A stretch of DNA of 63,933 nt, the filler included, from Thelocarpon superellum (Eukaryota), in assembly GCA_026025795.1 (NCBI GenBank). It is 7 parts of 7 records of this genome, joined end to end, with 100 filler letters (N's around TTAATTAATTAA, not from the genome) between each part and the next. Parts side by side here need not be neighbours in the genome. Positions count along the whole stretch, not along the records: positions 46,133 to 55,121 come from JAPEUG010000581.1; positions 55,222 to 63,933 come from JAPEUG010000589.1; 5 more parts are not named here. One strand, given 5' to 3'. This document shows positions 49,501-63,118 of this stretch, piece after piece. Position numbers and translations under genes: made by a program. Position 1 is the stretch's first letter. Every line of letters starts with the position of its first letter. The notes beneath the pieces are model-generated. The model did not search any database. It had not been told where the DNA came from and worked only from the letters and a program-made list of their open reading frames with translations.

Positions 49501-50200
49501 GAGCGACCCACGATCGTCAAGCACGCTACGCAAGTCCTCCAAGGCCGAGGCGGAATCGGCTAACCTGGCGCTCGACCCGGCCAATCCACTTCATATCACG
49601 CTCCCCACGTTTCGCATGGTGATCCTGGCCGACGAACTCCTCGTGCACTTCTTCGAGACCTCCTTTCCATCCTCGTTCCGCCTCTCCGATCACCCTCTGC
49701 CGTCACACGGGTCCAGCTCGTCGGCAAACCTCACGACCTTTTCGAATCTCGCGTCCCGCCCGCTCGCGGCGTCGAGGCCGCTGACGGTGGGCATGGCCGG
49801 GGGCGTGGTGCCGCCTGGGAAGGGCCTCCGTGGCGTGCTTGACAACATTGTGAGCGACGGGATGCGGGTGGCGGCCGAGGTGCGACGGCGGGTGGACGAC
49901 GCGCAGCGTGAGATGGAAAAGAACGCGCTGAACAAGGACGAGGAGGATGAAGAAGATGACGGCCCGACGGCAGGCCATTATGGTGGGGACGCCGACCGAC
50001 GGAGCGTGCGAGAGGACGACCGCGACCTCCTCGAGGGCGCGGAAGCCGAGGTGGGCAGCATGCGGGAGAAGGAGGGCGAGAGCCGCGGTGGATCCAGCAC
50101 CGCGAGCAACCTGCCGGACGCCGGGGAAGTCACCACGACGCCCACACGGGCTCGAGGCGGCAGTTTCGCCAGCGAACGCGTCGTGGAATTTGAGCGGTGA
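46587..50200 (+). CDS. GYP2: Rab GTPase-activating protein Gyp2/Mdr1 (GRAM-like, TBC, EF-hand), 3 exons
   Basis: [40 protein letters not shown] and EF-hand [12 protein letters not shown]. Confidence 0.94.
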
Positions 50201-50718
50201 TAGGCTCTCCCTCGCTCACGTCGCTTGGTGGTACTCGTATTACGAGTACAGAGGTAACGTACCACTTCGTACGTCGCCATCGCGGTGGATGGGCTGGGCG
50301 TTTATGACGACATGTAACCCGGGCATTCTCCCCGCATACTACTATCATCCACGCTGGGCACGTTGCCACACAGCCATGACGAACAAATTTTTGAGATAAA
50401 CCTGCTCCGAAAATATAGAGAGATCGAATGATTTTCTCGTGATGTCGGCGCGTGATGGTATTTTGGCGTGACGGTATCGGTGACACTTGCTATGCGTTTG
50501 CCTGGAGCTGCGGGGCCGGACGGCCCAGCGCCCAGTCCCCGAAGCTTCTAGCGCTGGCAGAGCCAAGGACTTCGCCTCCGGCCTCTCGCCACGACCTACG
50601 CCCCACGACCCGCGACCGACGGCAGCCTCGGACATCTGCTCGCCATCTCCTACTCCCAGTTACCGTCATCACCAGCCGAGACATCACTCACGACTGCATC
50701 TCGCGCCTCTCCGTCACG

Positions 50719-51718
50719 ATGGGCAGCAACCCCAAGTACCAGCCGACCGCCCAGCGCGACTCGCTCGATGACCCGATCCACTACACCCAACCCCCGCCAT
50801 CTTACCAGGCCGAGAGCGACGAGCCACTGCTGGGCAGTCCCCGCTCCGAGGACGACAATGTGCCGGATGATTTCAAGGTGGGTGCCCGTGGATGAAGCCG
50901 CTGAGACAGGCCTGGTGATGCTGACGGAGGGTGCAGTTTGGTGGATATGTGGCCGAGGCGACCATCGACATTCGGATGGCATTTGTCCGGAAGGTTTACA
51001 CCATCCTGTGAGTCGACGATGTGGACTGCTGAGCGCCATGGAGAAGTGAGGCTGACACAACGCATAGGAGCGCGCAACTCCTCGTCACCTGTATCCTCAG
51101 CGCCATCTCCTTCTTCCGAGCCGACTACAAGCACTGGATCCAGAGCCATCAGTGGATGATGTGGACATCTTTGTTCGGCGCCATCGCCTTCATGGTGAGC
51201 CGGAGCGTTGACTCTCGTGCGCGTGGAGAGATGCTAACGGTGGGCTGTAGCTACTGACGTTCTGGAAACGAATGTCTTACCCGACCAACCTCTTGTTCCT
51301 CACCGGCTTCACCGTGCTGGAGGCTTACTCGATCTCGGTGATTGTGTCCTTCTACGAGTCCCGGATCGTGCTGCAAGCGCTGCTGTTGACCCTGGGCATC
51401 TTCATCGCCCTCACCCTCTTCGCTTGCCAGACCAAGTACGACTTCACGTCGTGGATGCCGTATCTCTTTGGCTCCCTCTGGGCCTTGATCCTCTTCGGCT
51501 TCATGGCCGCCTTCTTTCCCCATAACGGCGTCGTCGAGCTGGCGTACTCGGGCATCGCGGCCCTGCTGTTCAGCGCGTACATTCTGGTCGACACGCAGCT
51601 GGTGATGCGACACTACCACGTCGAGGAGGAGATTGCCGCCGCCATCTCGCTGTACCTGGACATCATCAACCTGTTCCTATCCATCCTGCGCATCCTCAAC
51701 AGCCAATCTAACAACTGA
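50719..51718 (+). CDS. BXI1: Bax inhibitor-1/TMBIM family membrane protein, 4 exons
   Basis: DDNVPDDFK-FGGYVAEATIDIRMAFVRKVYTIL, YPTNLLFL, QTKYDF, YILVDTQ, AAISLYLDIINLFLSILRIL. Confidence 0.94.
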
Positions 51719-52717
51719 GCGACACGAGCGCGCGGCGCCGTGTCGGACGGGGCTGGGTGCGGCTCTTTCTGGCGTTGCGTGGCGAGGTGCGCGGGGAGGT
51801 TTAGCATGAGGGCACGTTCGTGCACAGACTGTATAATAAGGGCCGTCTTGGGACTGGGTGGGATGAGAGCGAGTCGGGATGAAAATGCACAATGAGCGGT
51901 ACGGGTCCGGGTAGGGATGAGGATACCAGCACCAGCACGAGTAGGAGAGAGGCAAGGACCGCTCACCCTTGAATGGCGCAACAGGTCACGACACAGGTCA
52001 CGACCCAGGTCCTCGCAGCCCAGAAATACCGGAGGGGTCGCCGTGGTCACGCGGCTCAGGCGGGGTGTGCGAGGACTGCTCCTCGTGATTGGCGGCCAGG
52101 TCGAGAGCTCTACCCTCCCACCATGCTCCCCCTAACGCGATCGAGTCTCGCGTGTTCCTTCGTACCTTAATGCCTAGGGCCCTGGTAGTGGGTGTCGACA
52201 GCTGCACACTCGACAGCATCTAATACTATGTTACAAGCGTCGGCAGATAGCGAGCTCCAACATGGATCCCCGTGCCCCGTGTTGAAACCCTCCTCCACTA
52301 CGGTGGATTACCGTGACTGCGTCCCATCGCCCATCGATCGTGGCCCATTGCCCGCGGCCCCACTGTCCCTCGTGCATCCAGCAGCCGTCGCGCCGCTCTC
52401 CCGGTCGTTTCCATGCCGTGCCCTTGTCCCGAGCCCCACTGAAGTGACTCGCCGGTCCTGCCCGCCAACGATCGTGTGCACCCGCCAAGCGCTGCCAAGA
52501 GCCGAGCTCCCTCCCTTCCACGCACCGCTGCAGCGACCTTTGCTCACCGCCTTCTGCCCCTTGGGCCTCCCGCCACGTCTCCCCGCACCCCCGGAGGACC
52601 CTTGATCTGCCCAATGTCCCCAAGGTCATTGATGCCCGTGATCTGCACCACATAAACCTCACGAGCTGCCTCCCCCTTTCCTTCGGAGGCGTCCCCGACA
52701 CCTTCACCCACGCGGGC

Positions 52718-54485
52718 ATGGCCGGTGCTGCATCACCGGCAGAGCTTGCGCAGGAGGGGAACGATGGAAGCCCGCCGCCAAGTGTCTACGGGGCCGGGAA
52801 GGAGATGGAGGCCGACTCCTTCCCCCATCCCCACGCGCCATACCCGTCGGCCGCAATTGGCCCGGCCTCGTTATCGCCAAAGACGAGTGCGAGCACGAGG
52901 AAAAAGAAGAAGCAGAGAGATGAGGGCCCCATGGCGAGTGCATGTGCCTGGGTGGTGGAGTATCAGCTCGGTGGGCCTGTCCCGACTTGACCCCGATGAA
53001 CGACCGACTGACGCCGACGCAGGCCTCGCCATCAATCTGGTCCTGCTCCTAATCCTGACCCACCTCTGCTTTCCTCGCGCCCGACGACACACCCGCAAGT
53101 TCTTCGAGCTCTCGTACTACGATGCCGAGACGGGTCGGTATGGGGCAGGATGGAACGACATGTCCATGGTGTTTTATTGGATCGTCTTGTTTACGGGTCT
53201 GCGGGTCGGCGTCATGGATTTCATTCTGATACCCTTTGCCCAATGGGGCGGCGTGCGAAACAGGAAGGGACGCGTCCGGTTTGCGGAGCAGGGTTGGCTC
53301 TTCTTTTACTATGGGTTCTCTTGGTCGCTGGGCATGGTGAGTCGGCCGAGCTCCCAGCATCGACCCTCGACCCTCGACCCTCGACCCCCGACCCACGAGC
53401 GCTGACGTGGCGCGCAGTACATCTACTACAACTCGCCGTACTGGCTGAACCTGCACGAGATGTGGACGGATTGGCCGAACCGACAGATGGACGGGCTCTC
53501 CAAGTGGTACTATCTCGTTCAGTACGCCTTTTACCTGGATCAGATCTTCGTCGTCAACATCGAGGAGCGGCGCAAGGATTATGCCCAGATGTTCACCCAC
53601 CATATCGTCACCTGCGCCCTCATCTGTGCGAGCTACGGCTACCATCAGACCAAGGTAGGCACGGTGATTCTGTGTCTGATGGATGTCGTGGATATCATCT
53701 TGCCTGTGGGTTGTCCCGTCCCGAGCGAGACACCTCGTCGGCCCGCTAAACTGACCTGGGTCATCTCATAGTTGGCCAAGATGCTGAAATACCTCCACTT
53801 CAACGTGGCATGTGACATCGCCTTTGGCGTCTTCATGGTGACGTGGTTCGTGGCGCGACACGTCTTGTATGTGATCGTCATCTGGTCGGTCTACGCCGAT
53901 TCTCCCGTCATCATCCAGAGCGGATGCTACGCGGGCAAGAACGGGGCGATCGTGGGGCCATTTCCCGCGCCCCAGAGCTTTGGTCACCGGTTTCAACCCT
54001 TCTTTGATCCCGAGGGCCTCCTCTGTTGGGACAATCAGATCCTCGGGACGTTTTTGAGCATGTTGCTCTTTCTCGAGGTCGTGGCTTTGATCTGGTTCGG
54101 GATGATCATCCGGGTGGCGTGGCGTGTCATCCATGGTGGGACAGCGGAGGACTCCCGAAGCGACGACGAGTGCGACGAGGAGGAAGAGGAGGACGATCTG
54201 CTAGACGAGGAGGAACAACACGTGGGCACCAGGATGCACGGTTGGCCGAGCGATCTTCGTCGCTCGTCCCCGTCCTCCTCAAGCTCGCTCGACCGGGGGA
54301 TGACGCTGATCACGAGCCCGCCACTGGAGGAGGAAGTGGGCGTCGAAGCCATCAACCTCAAGGGACGCAGTACGTCCTTGAGCCGGCGATATAAAAAGGC
54401 GGCGAGCACCAGCGGTGCCACGCTCCCTGGCCACAGCGACCGGAAGGATCTCCTGGGACGGATTGGTTGCGACAAGACGGCATGA
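52718..54485 (+). CDS. LAG1: Ceramide synthase (Lag1/Lac1 TLC family, possibly BarA-type), 4 exons
   Basis: RFAEQGW, Lag1p motif EERRKDYAQMFTHHIVT..LMDVVD, AEDSRSDDE and C-terminal LLGRIGCDK. Confidence 0.93.
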
Positions 54486-55121
54486 TGGTCTATGTCGATT
54501 ACCTATAGGCCGAATCGACGTGAGTCGGTGTGGTTCGGCACTCCACAGATGCTTCGCTAGTGGATAGACCGGGATGGACTCGAGAGTCTTCGCACGTGGG
54601 TTCTCTTTTCTTGACGAGGGAGACTGGTGATGACTCGGATCAAGAGGTCGCACGAGGCTCGATTTTCCATGTCGATCGAGGATTATCGACTATCAGCTCG
54701 GTGGATGCGGACAGTGCTTTGCATATTGTTTGATTGCCTTGTGGGTTCCTTTACTTGGCCAATCGGTCAGTCATTCACTTCATTCGTTTGATATTCGGCA
54801 TTCCACCACATTTTCATCTCTCTTGTAACCTCTTTATCCTCTCTACATCCTCTCTATATGCTCTCTACATTCTCACCATATTCTCTCTACATCCTTTCTC
54901 ATCCTTTCCTTTCCTCTCTTATATGCAGGTGCCATCACCATAACATCTCCATCATTCACCGAGGAAGCCCCCGGAGGATGGGGAGGAAGCGTCTTACTAG
55001 ACGAGAGCTAGAGACCAAAGACGAGACATGAAAGACACGCAAGAGCCAAGCCATACCCAAAGAGGGAGTAGAGATGGATGAGGCCAAGATAAAAGCTCGG
55101 AGACCGCGGGTCTTCGAGAAT

Positions 55122-55221
55122 NNNNNNNNNNNNNNNNNNNNNNNNNNNNNNNNNNNNNNNNNNNNTTAATTAATTAANNNNNNNNNNNNNNNNNNNNNNN
55201 NNNNNNNNNNNNNNNNNNNNN
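55122..55221. other. Artificial contig linker
   Basis: N44-TTAATTAATTAA-N44. Confidence 0.99.
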
Positions 55222-56707
55222 GCGGGGTCTCGGTGAGGAGGTGTCGCATGGATTGGCTGAGGCCTGGCGAAGGCATGTGGGAATGGGAGGTCGCCTTGGG
55301 CACATGGTGGAGGGTGATGCGCGGGATATGGCGCGGCGAGAGAATCATGTCGAAGTGAATTGAAGTGAAGAGCAGAAGGCAGACAACTTGGCCAGCCACG
55401 GAAGGGGAAGCAGTGAAAGAGTGGATGACGCTGGCGCTGCCAGGTCGAGGATCTCGAGACTATGCGCACAGGGCGGCGACGCTCCGGCCACAGCACATCA
55501 GGCTCGGGTGTCCGGGTGTCCTCTTGGGTGGGGGAACGGACCATGAGCCTGGCGCAGCACGGTGAAGGAGGAAGGCGAAGGATGCGAAGAGACGTCAGAT
55601 GTCCAGCATCGACCGTTTCGAAAGCTCGCGTGCCTACTTGTACAAAGGACCAGCCGAACTGTGGACCAGGCAAGCCCAGCGTGAAGACATGGGGAGAAGT
55701 AGGGATCCGGCTGCCGGCCGCCGGAGCTAGGGAGGGCGAGTGGCAAGAGACGCGGCGCACCACGAGAACGTTCAGCCAGCTCGTCACCCCACTACTTTAC
55801 CATTTACCACCATGCCACGGTGTCGCATGGCCAGGGAGGGCATGCCGTTTGGTGGGCGAGGGCCGTGGTGGATCCCTAGCACGCGCGGTGATAGGACGGT
55901 GCAGCCAAGGGGGATGGATTGTTACATGACGCGGATCGCCCCACCCTGGTGGTCCGGTCTCGAATGGCTGAAACACCAAGCGCCTGCCGGGCCAGGTGCC
56001 GGCATGACGGCCGCTCTGCCCGCGCGACCCTTGAACCCTCGCGATTGGCCACGGCGGGCTTTGCCTCGAACCCGAGAAAGACCATCAGCCCCGATGGGTC
56101 CTTGAGTCTCCTCCATCCTCCGTCCTTCATCCTTTGCCCCGCACCGCCCGTACGCATGCAGCAACGCTGACGCTGATGCTGATGCTGACACTCGCAGCCG
56201 ACGTTGGTCGGGGCGGCGACGCTGTCGTTCCACCAACCAACACCCCCCGACACGTTTGGAGTGGGCCCTAATCCTTGTCGAGCGGCGTTCTCGTAATCAG
56301 GATAAGGAGCGGCGACCGCTGTTTGCTACCGAGGAGTAACAGATTCGTACTCGGTACCATACTCGGGGTGCTCCACGCTCGCCTACGAATCACGACTCGT
56401 TGCTCGTAGGCGAGCGTGTCGAGCGACGTTCGACGTTCCGAGTGGTTTTAGCGTGGCCAGGACTCGCAGTTGCAGTGCCCCCTGTGGACACTGCAATTCC
56501 CCGGCGTCCCCCGACTGTCCAAGGCTTAGCGAGCCAGTCCTGCCCGAGTCATGGCGGCCGCGGCCGGGGTCGTGCGGCGCGGACCCTTACGATATCGGGG
56601 AGGACGAAGACGAGGACGAGGACGAGGACGAGGAAGCCGTCGCGAGTGGAATGAAAGGCGGCCAGGCTCCACCACCCCCCCCCTTTCACAGCTTACGAGT
56701 ACAGGTT

Positions 56708-56827
56708 GGTTATGCCTTCGGCAGGATGCTGATGAGTTGATTGTTCTCTTTAGCTACGTAGCCAACGGTGGGATCTACCCAGACCAATCATGGTCACGTG
56801 ACTATATAGTCAGGTGCCAACGTGACA
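56708..56827 (+). mobile_element. Short solo-LTR-like element (family copy 3) with a perfect 5-bp target-site duplication
   Basis: GGTTATGCCTTCGGCAGGATGCTGATGAG..CAACGTGACA, flanked by AGGTT at 56703-56707 and 56828-56832. Confidence 0.85.
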
Positions 56828-57437
56828 AGGTTCGTCGTTCAGATTCCGTTCTCAGGCCCTTGAATGGTGACTTGGAGGGCAAGCAGAGTCTGAACCCTCG
56901 TACCATGCTCCTCCCGCTTCACGACGTGACTTCGATCGCCCTGACCTAACCGACCACCGAATGATCAGTCGCGGCACGCTCTTGCAAGTGAACGCGATCC
57001 TGTACGGGCGCACTTTCATTGGCCATGGAAGCACAAAGACCTTGTGTCTGTCTTGGTTTGGAGATGGCAGTGGCACGAAGGACTTTTGGTAGTGCGAATA
57101 TTCGAGCATTATGACTATACTACAAACACACCACGGTCGTCCCTTGTTCCCCGAGGATCAATTATTCTACTAATTCCATGGCACCCTGGTCGCTGAGGGG
57201 CCGGTCAACGAGCGAGAGCGAGAGAGCGGAAAAAGGAATGGACGTGTGCGAAAGGCGAGTCGTGAAGAGAGCAATCGTCGGCACGTAAAGAGGAGAGGAG
57301 AGGTCGTACGGGGTCTGACGGTATCGCGGTGACGGATGTAAATGCGGAGACGCCGGGGCAAAGAAGCGGGCCAGTGGTGGGGCCGCACCCATGAGGCGCG
57401 TCGGAGACCGTAATCCGGGCACGGCGGAGACGCGTGA

Positions 57438-60400
57438 TCATGAGGCCGGGATGGGCATGCTGGCCGGAGGTCGAGGGAACTCGTTTGCATCGACGGCGGA
57501 CCCGAGGGCCGGCACGGTGTCCGTGAGTCGAGGCCCACCCAGCTGCTGGCTCCCCGCCCGCCGCTTCACCACCGGTGTCTTCTCCATTCGACTTTGGATC
57601 ATCTCGTCCAGCATCCGGCTCATCTCGTCCACGCCCTGGCTGCGCTCGTGCGCGTGGGCCGGGGGCGAACGCGGCGGGCTGGCGACGGCCCGCCCCGGCT
57701 CGGACTCGGGCTCGGGTTCGGCACTTCGGCGCACGTCGCGGCCGCCGCTGGTGCGCCGCTCCGTGGGTGCCTCGGACATGAGATCGGCGACGTCGCGCTT
57801 GCGAGCGGCGCTGCGCAGGGCCGTCAGCATGCGCTCCTTGTCGTCCAGGCGCGACTTGAGCTCTTCAATCTCCGCGTCCTTCTCCTTGACGAGGGAGTCG
57901 ACGCCGTCGTCTTCCCAAAAGACGCCGTGCATTTTCTGCGGCGAGAAGCCGAGCGAGGTCCGCGAGTGGCTCGACCGACGCGCCTGCAGCAGCCGCTTCT
58001 CCAGCGTCGAGATGTAGCGGTTGCGGTCCGCCAGATCCGCCTGCAGCGCCCGTACCTGCGCCGACAAGGACGCCGTGCCGTCGCCAAACTCGCCCATCGA
58101 GTCGTCCGACACCGATCGGGTCTCGTCCGCGTCGGCCTCGCCGTCGGGCCCCCCCGCCGACGCTCGCGGTCGCTGGCCCACCGTCGAGGCCGAGGCGACG
58201 GAGGTTGACCGGCTGACGCCGCCCGCGCCACGCCCGACCGTCGAGGCGGCGGCAGACGAACGTTGCGACAAGGCGGAGCCGTGGCCGCTGGCGCTGGTGA
58301 CGCGTGAGTTTGGGCCGAGCCCGGCGAAGGTGCTGCTCGAGTTGACGCCCGTCGACTTGGAGCTGAGGATGAGCCGGTTCAGGTGCTCGATGCGCTCCTT
58401 GAGCGCGGTGCGCGCCAGCTGGATCTCGAGCATCTGTTCCTCGTGTCGCGCCTCCGCCTCCTTCTCTTTCTCCTTGTCCTCGTCCACCTGACGCGCCTTG
58501 GCCTGGCCCTCGAGCTCGCCGCGCAGCTCGAGGATCTCCATGCGGTAGCGCTCCAGGAGCACGCGGCTCCCCGCGTCGCCACCGCCGCTGCCCAAGGCCT
58601 CCTCGGCCTTCTTGGCGTGACTCACGATGTTGTTCTTCGCGCGGGCCGCGAACTTGAGCGTGTTCAGCGTCTCGCCCGTGTGCGAGTTGGCCGCGGCCGC
58701 CGAGCCGGCCGAGCCGATCTGGATGGTGCACAGGATGCTGACGAGGGAATTGCCCGACAGCGCCGGCTGCAGCAGGCGCGTGAGCTTGCTGTCCCGGTAG
58801 GGGAGATGCTTGCCGTCCTTGTCCGTCGGGTTGCCGTTCTTGTCCTTGTCGCCCGACAGTCGGGCAATGACGGTGCCCAGGGTGAGCAGGCTCTTGTTGA
58901 TGTGCGCGCCTTCGGTACGCCGCTCTTTGCTCTCCGCCGCCCGCTCCGACCCGGCCAGGTCGATCAGGCTCAGGGTCGACACGCGGACGCCGCCCGGCAC
59001 CATGGCCGCGCGCTTGCTGTCCTGCATCGAACCGCTCCCGGGCATGCGCTCGCGACTCTCCACCACGATCTGCACCACCGCGTGGCTCCGCGAGCTGCGC
59101 GCGTTGTACTGCGTGCTGCTGGTGCGCCGCGCGTGGTCGCCGCGGGCGATGACCCGCAGCAGCTGCGTCGGGCTCTGCACGATCTCTTCCTTCAACGGGC
59201 TCGCGTACACGCCCCGCTTGCTGTCTTCGCGCAGCTTGATCTCCTCCTGCTGGCCGCCACCCATCCCGCCGAGGCCAGGGCCGGCGGGGGTCGACAGGAG
59301 GTCGTGGATCTTTTCGTTGTAGATCTCCAGGTAGCTTACCCGGAGGAGGAACTCGCGATGGGGCGTCTCGCGGATATAGGAGAAGATGTCGGTGATGGCC
59401 AGGGGAATGACCCCCGGCGAGGTGGCGGTACCCTGCATCGAAAAGGTCTTGCCCGTGCCCGTCATGCCATACGCGAACACAGTGCCGTGGTAGCCTTCCA
59501 TGACTCGCCGAACCAGCCGTTTGGCCGAGGCGTCGTAGACCTTGGCGTTCTGATCGTGCGTTGCAAACACATTGTCTGCCCATGCGTCAGTGAAAGGTCC
59601 AGCGCATGCGGGAACCGGGGCCGAAGTACGGACCGTAATAGTAGTCGCCGCCCTCGCGGCCGCGATAGGCGACCAGCGAGCGCCGGCCATCCACCATCCA
59701 CTCTCCCTCCGTCCGGCCGTGCTCATTGCTCGCGTCGGGCCGCACGCGGACGCTCACGATGACGTTGCCCTTGCCCTCCTTGGACTTGGAGTCGCGCTTC
59801 TCCTCGGCCTCGGCCTCGGCCTCGTCCCCGCCCGCCCGCGACGGGACGACGGCCTCGCCGCAGTCGTCAAAGGTCGTGGCCGAGGTGGAAGACGAGCCCT
59901 GGGCGGATGAGGTGCGGCTCTCCGCCGGCGACGTGATGCTCAGCAGGCCATCCGAGGCCCGGCCGCCCACGCTGAGCGAGATGGCCTTCCCCTCGCCGCT
60001 CCCGTTGAGTAGGCTCGGCGTCCGGGAGGCCGTGAAGCTGTGCGACATGTTGCTACCGCTCGTCTTGGAGCGCTTCAGCCGTGGCGGCCCAGCCGACGAG
60101 CTCGGGCTCGCCTTGTCTGCGTCGCGCTGGCTCCGCGAGGCCTCGAGCATGGGTGCGACCGATCTCGACCCCACCCCAGCCGACAAAGGTGAGGATGGTA
60201 GGCTGGCGATGCGTGACGTACCTGCCGAGGTATGAGGGAATGCAGAGGTACTGATGGTGCGGTGAAGGGTCTTGCCCGGGGTCGGGACGCCTGGCCGGGT
60301 AGATTTGGTGTTGGTGTCGAGGGAGGGGAGTTTCGAGAGCGCGCCCGCATCGGGGGTCGCGATCCTCGAGGGTGTCAGCGTGGGTAGATGTGAGGTAGAT

Positions 60401-60573
60401 GCGGCGCGTGGTGAGCGGGTGTCGGGCAGCATGGATGGAGCTGCGTCAGTGGACGGTGTGGTGGAGGATGTCGTGTTCATCGGTCGTCGGGACTTGGACA
60501 CAGGGAGCGGCGGTAAGGCCGCGGTGGGAGGGCCTCGCGAGGAGCGTGCGGGACGCGGTATTGAGGCGGCCAT
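57438..60573 (-). CDS. kipA: Kinesin-7 (KipA/Tea2/Kip2-type), 2 exons
   Basis: Long S/P-rich N-terminus, NVIVSVRVRP, GMTGTGKT, NARSSRSHA, LIDLAGSE, HLPYRDSKLTRLLQPALSG and C-terminal coiled coils. Confidence 0.95.
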
Positions 60574-63118
60574 GATGGCCAAATCCTGGGAACAGACGTG
60601 GGTGCACTCTTTCTGTTCGTCTCCGTCGTCGTTGTTGCCGTAGACGTCGACGTCGTCGTTGTCGTTGTCGTTGTCGTTGCCGTCCGAGCCCGGCGCTGTC
60701 GGGACGTCGTCGACGATGGAGGCCTGTTACGCCACCAATCTCATGTCATCTTCGATCGCCACCACGGTTCGTGCGATCGGTGTGTGGTAGATGAAGGGGA
60801 TAAGCAATGCCTCGACCGGCGCTCTGGACGGCGTTGACGGGAACGACCCTTTCCACGGCTCACGGCGGAATCGACTCGAGGGTGTGGTGAGTGGCGGGTT
60901 CGCGTGGAAGAAGCGATAAGGGTGGTTCAAGCGACGGCCGGTCGTTGGTGCTTTCCCCCGTTAACCTTCACCTCGATGACAAGCCCCCTGCCAGAAGGCC
61001 CCCAGCCTCACTCACCGTGGTGGAGAAGGCCGTGCGTCGAGAAGGAAGGGTAAGGTCTCCAGGGCAGGAGTGCTGTTTGCGCGTCTGCACTTCTGCACGG
61101 CAGCACGTCTGGTCATCAGACAGGATCGCGATGGACTGTAGTTCGGGGTCCGATCAAAGGGTGCACAGGACTCACCAAGGGGTGCGTGGTCCGGGGTGCG
61201 GTCGGGCCGGGCCCAGCACCTACCAGTCGCACTACTCGCGCGGCCGCGGATGGGTCGCTGGTGGGACTAAACACCGAAGGAGCCAATGGTTCCTCGCGGT
61301 GCTTGAAACACGACTATTCTTTCCTCGAGGTTGTCACAGTCCAAGCTAGTCGCGGTACTCGTCGTAGTGCGTCGTGTGGTCGTGCGTCGTGCTCCCCAGC
61401 GCCCCAGCGCCCAGCGCCCCAGCGGCCCCATGGACGTTACCATACTCGTACGGCACGTCACGGCCAACGCGGGAGGGGAAAAGGGAGTCATGACGGGGAC
61501 GGGCCCCCGAGAAGCAACCGCCTTCAAGAGCCGTGCCCTGGTCGGTCCTGCGCTAGTCGCAGGCACAGCTGCCGCCAAAATGATGCTCGATTCGCTCGCT
61601 CCCAGGGGCGGGCGCAACCCTCGTACTCGTCCCGGTCGATAGCCTTTTGACGGGGGCGGGCCCTGGTCGAATGGAGGCCCACCCCCCTCCCGGCGGAGGG
61701 TCATGAGAGGCTCGCGAGGCGCAAAGACTTCCGACGAACCATGGCGTGCCTCTTAGCTCGTGATGATGCCGGCGGCGTGCCTCTTGGGTAGGGCTGCCCG
61801 CGGCCTGTCCATCCTCTCGGTTTCCTTTCCTCTGCGGCTCTCGATGAGGCTGCAGCGTTCCGCCTTGCAGGCGCCAGGCCCGACCGGCGCGGGTTTTTGC
61901 TTCTTCGCCTCTCGCTACCTCGCTGGTCATGATGGATGTCGATCATGCCGCGCCGTCCCAAAGGAGTGGAAAGTTACGAGCACCCTTCGGCCTGGTCCAG
62001 TGTCGTCCGTCGATGGATATTTCGGACAGGCCACTCGTCCAAACATGGTATCTAAGTACTTGTTCGAGGGGATGATGCAAGACGTCCTATAACACTCGGT
62101 CGATGCCCTCATGGCCGCCGCCGGTGGGGCTGTCACACTCGTAGTTACATCGCTGGGAGCATCTATCATAGGCCGACGGGACAGCCACCGTCTTCGTAGC
62201 ACGGGCTCCGCCCTCGTCGCTCCAGAGGGCCTCTACCATCCCGGGCGAGCATCATAGCCACGGCGCACATGGAACGCGTCTCAGCCGGTGCGGTGCGATG
62301 ATATGGGAGATACGGATGGGTGCTTGAGGAGGACGATACAACGGTCCACGAACGTGTCGTGCACGAATCGTCCAGCTCGTCCCACGAGCGTTGGGCGAGG
62401 GCCGTTGGCATGCTGCTCTGTGTTGCTCCTGTCCGACGGCGCCGAGGACCGTTTATCCCTTTTCGACCGCCGACGCATCGACGTCGTGCGCCCTTGACCG
62501 CGGTCGGGAGCCGAACCACGGTTCTACTGGACCGACCATGGCGGAGATCATCTTGCCCGCTGGGACGCCAAGAGACGGGGGATGTTCGGTTGGTGGCCCA
62601 GCTGGTGTCGGCAGACTACAGGTCCTCGAATCTCGCGCCTCGCGCCGCCACCGCCACCCGGGATGGGGCGCGGTGACGCAGCGATGATCCACAATGCCGG
62701 CGTCGACGCTGGAGCAGCGCCGCACCGCCGCACCGCCGCACCGCCGCAAGGGGAGGCGGACGTGACGAGCGAGGCGACGTCGTTCGCTTCCGGTTGGCCG
62801 GCCCTCTACCACATCATCATGCAGGCCCCGGGCGGACCGCCGTGCCAGCAAGGGTCAGCCAATCGCTGTAGCCGGATGAGATGAACTCATTATCGCGCGG
62901 AAATTAAAGAGGGTCTCCCCGTACCCGTCGCAGCGCAAGCGAGGTCGGTGGAAGCAAGGAGCGGACCTCGAATCCACGCTCGACTTGCCTGCAGCCAGCG
63001 TGGGGAGCGCATTGCCCACGGCGCAAGTGCCAGTACAAGTACTGGTAGTTACGTGTGAGATGGCAAGTGCTCCTACTACAAGGAACTAGTAGTTCCTGGT
63101 CGGAATGCGTGAAAGTAC

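Noticed and set aside
9257..55221. Regularly spaced TTAATTAATTAA motifs and apparent clustering of meiosis/repair, splicing and kinesin genes across the window
   Set aside because: These are assembly linkers. The complete contigs fall in descending size order (9121, 9114, 9100, 9041, 8989 bp), so neighbourhood across linkers is an artefact.
56729..56760. CTGATGAG resembling a hammerhead ribozyme core
   Set aside because: No stem II followed by GAAA, and the motif is not kept in the other copies (CTTGTGAG, TGAATGAG).
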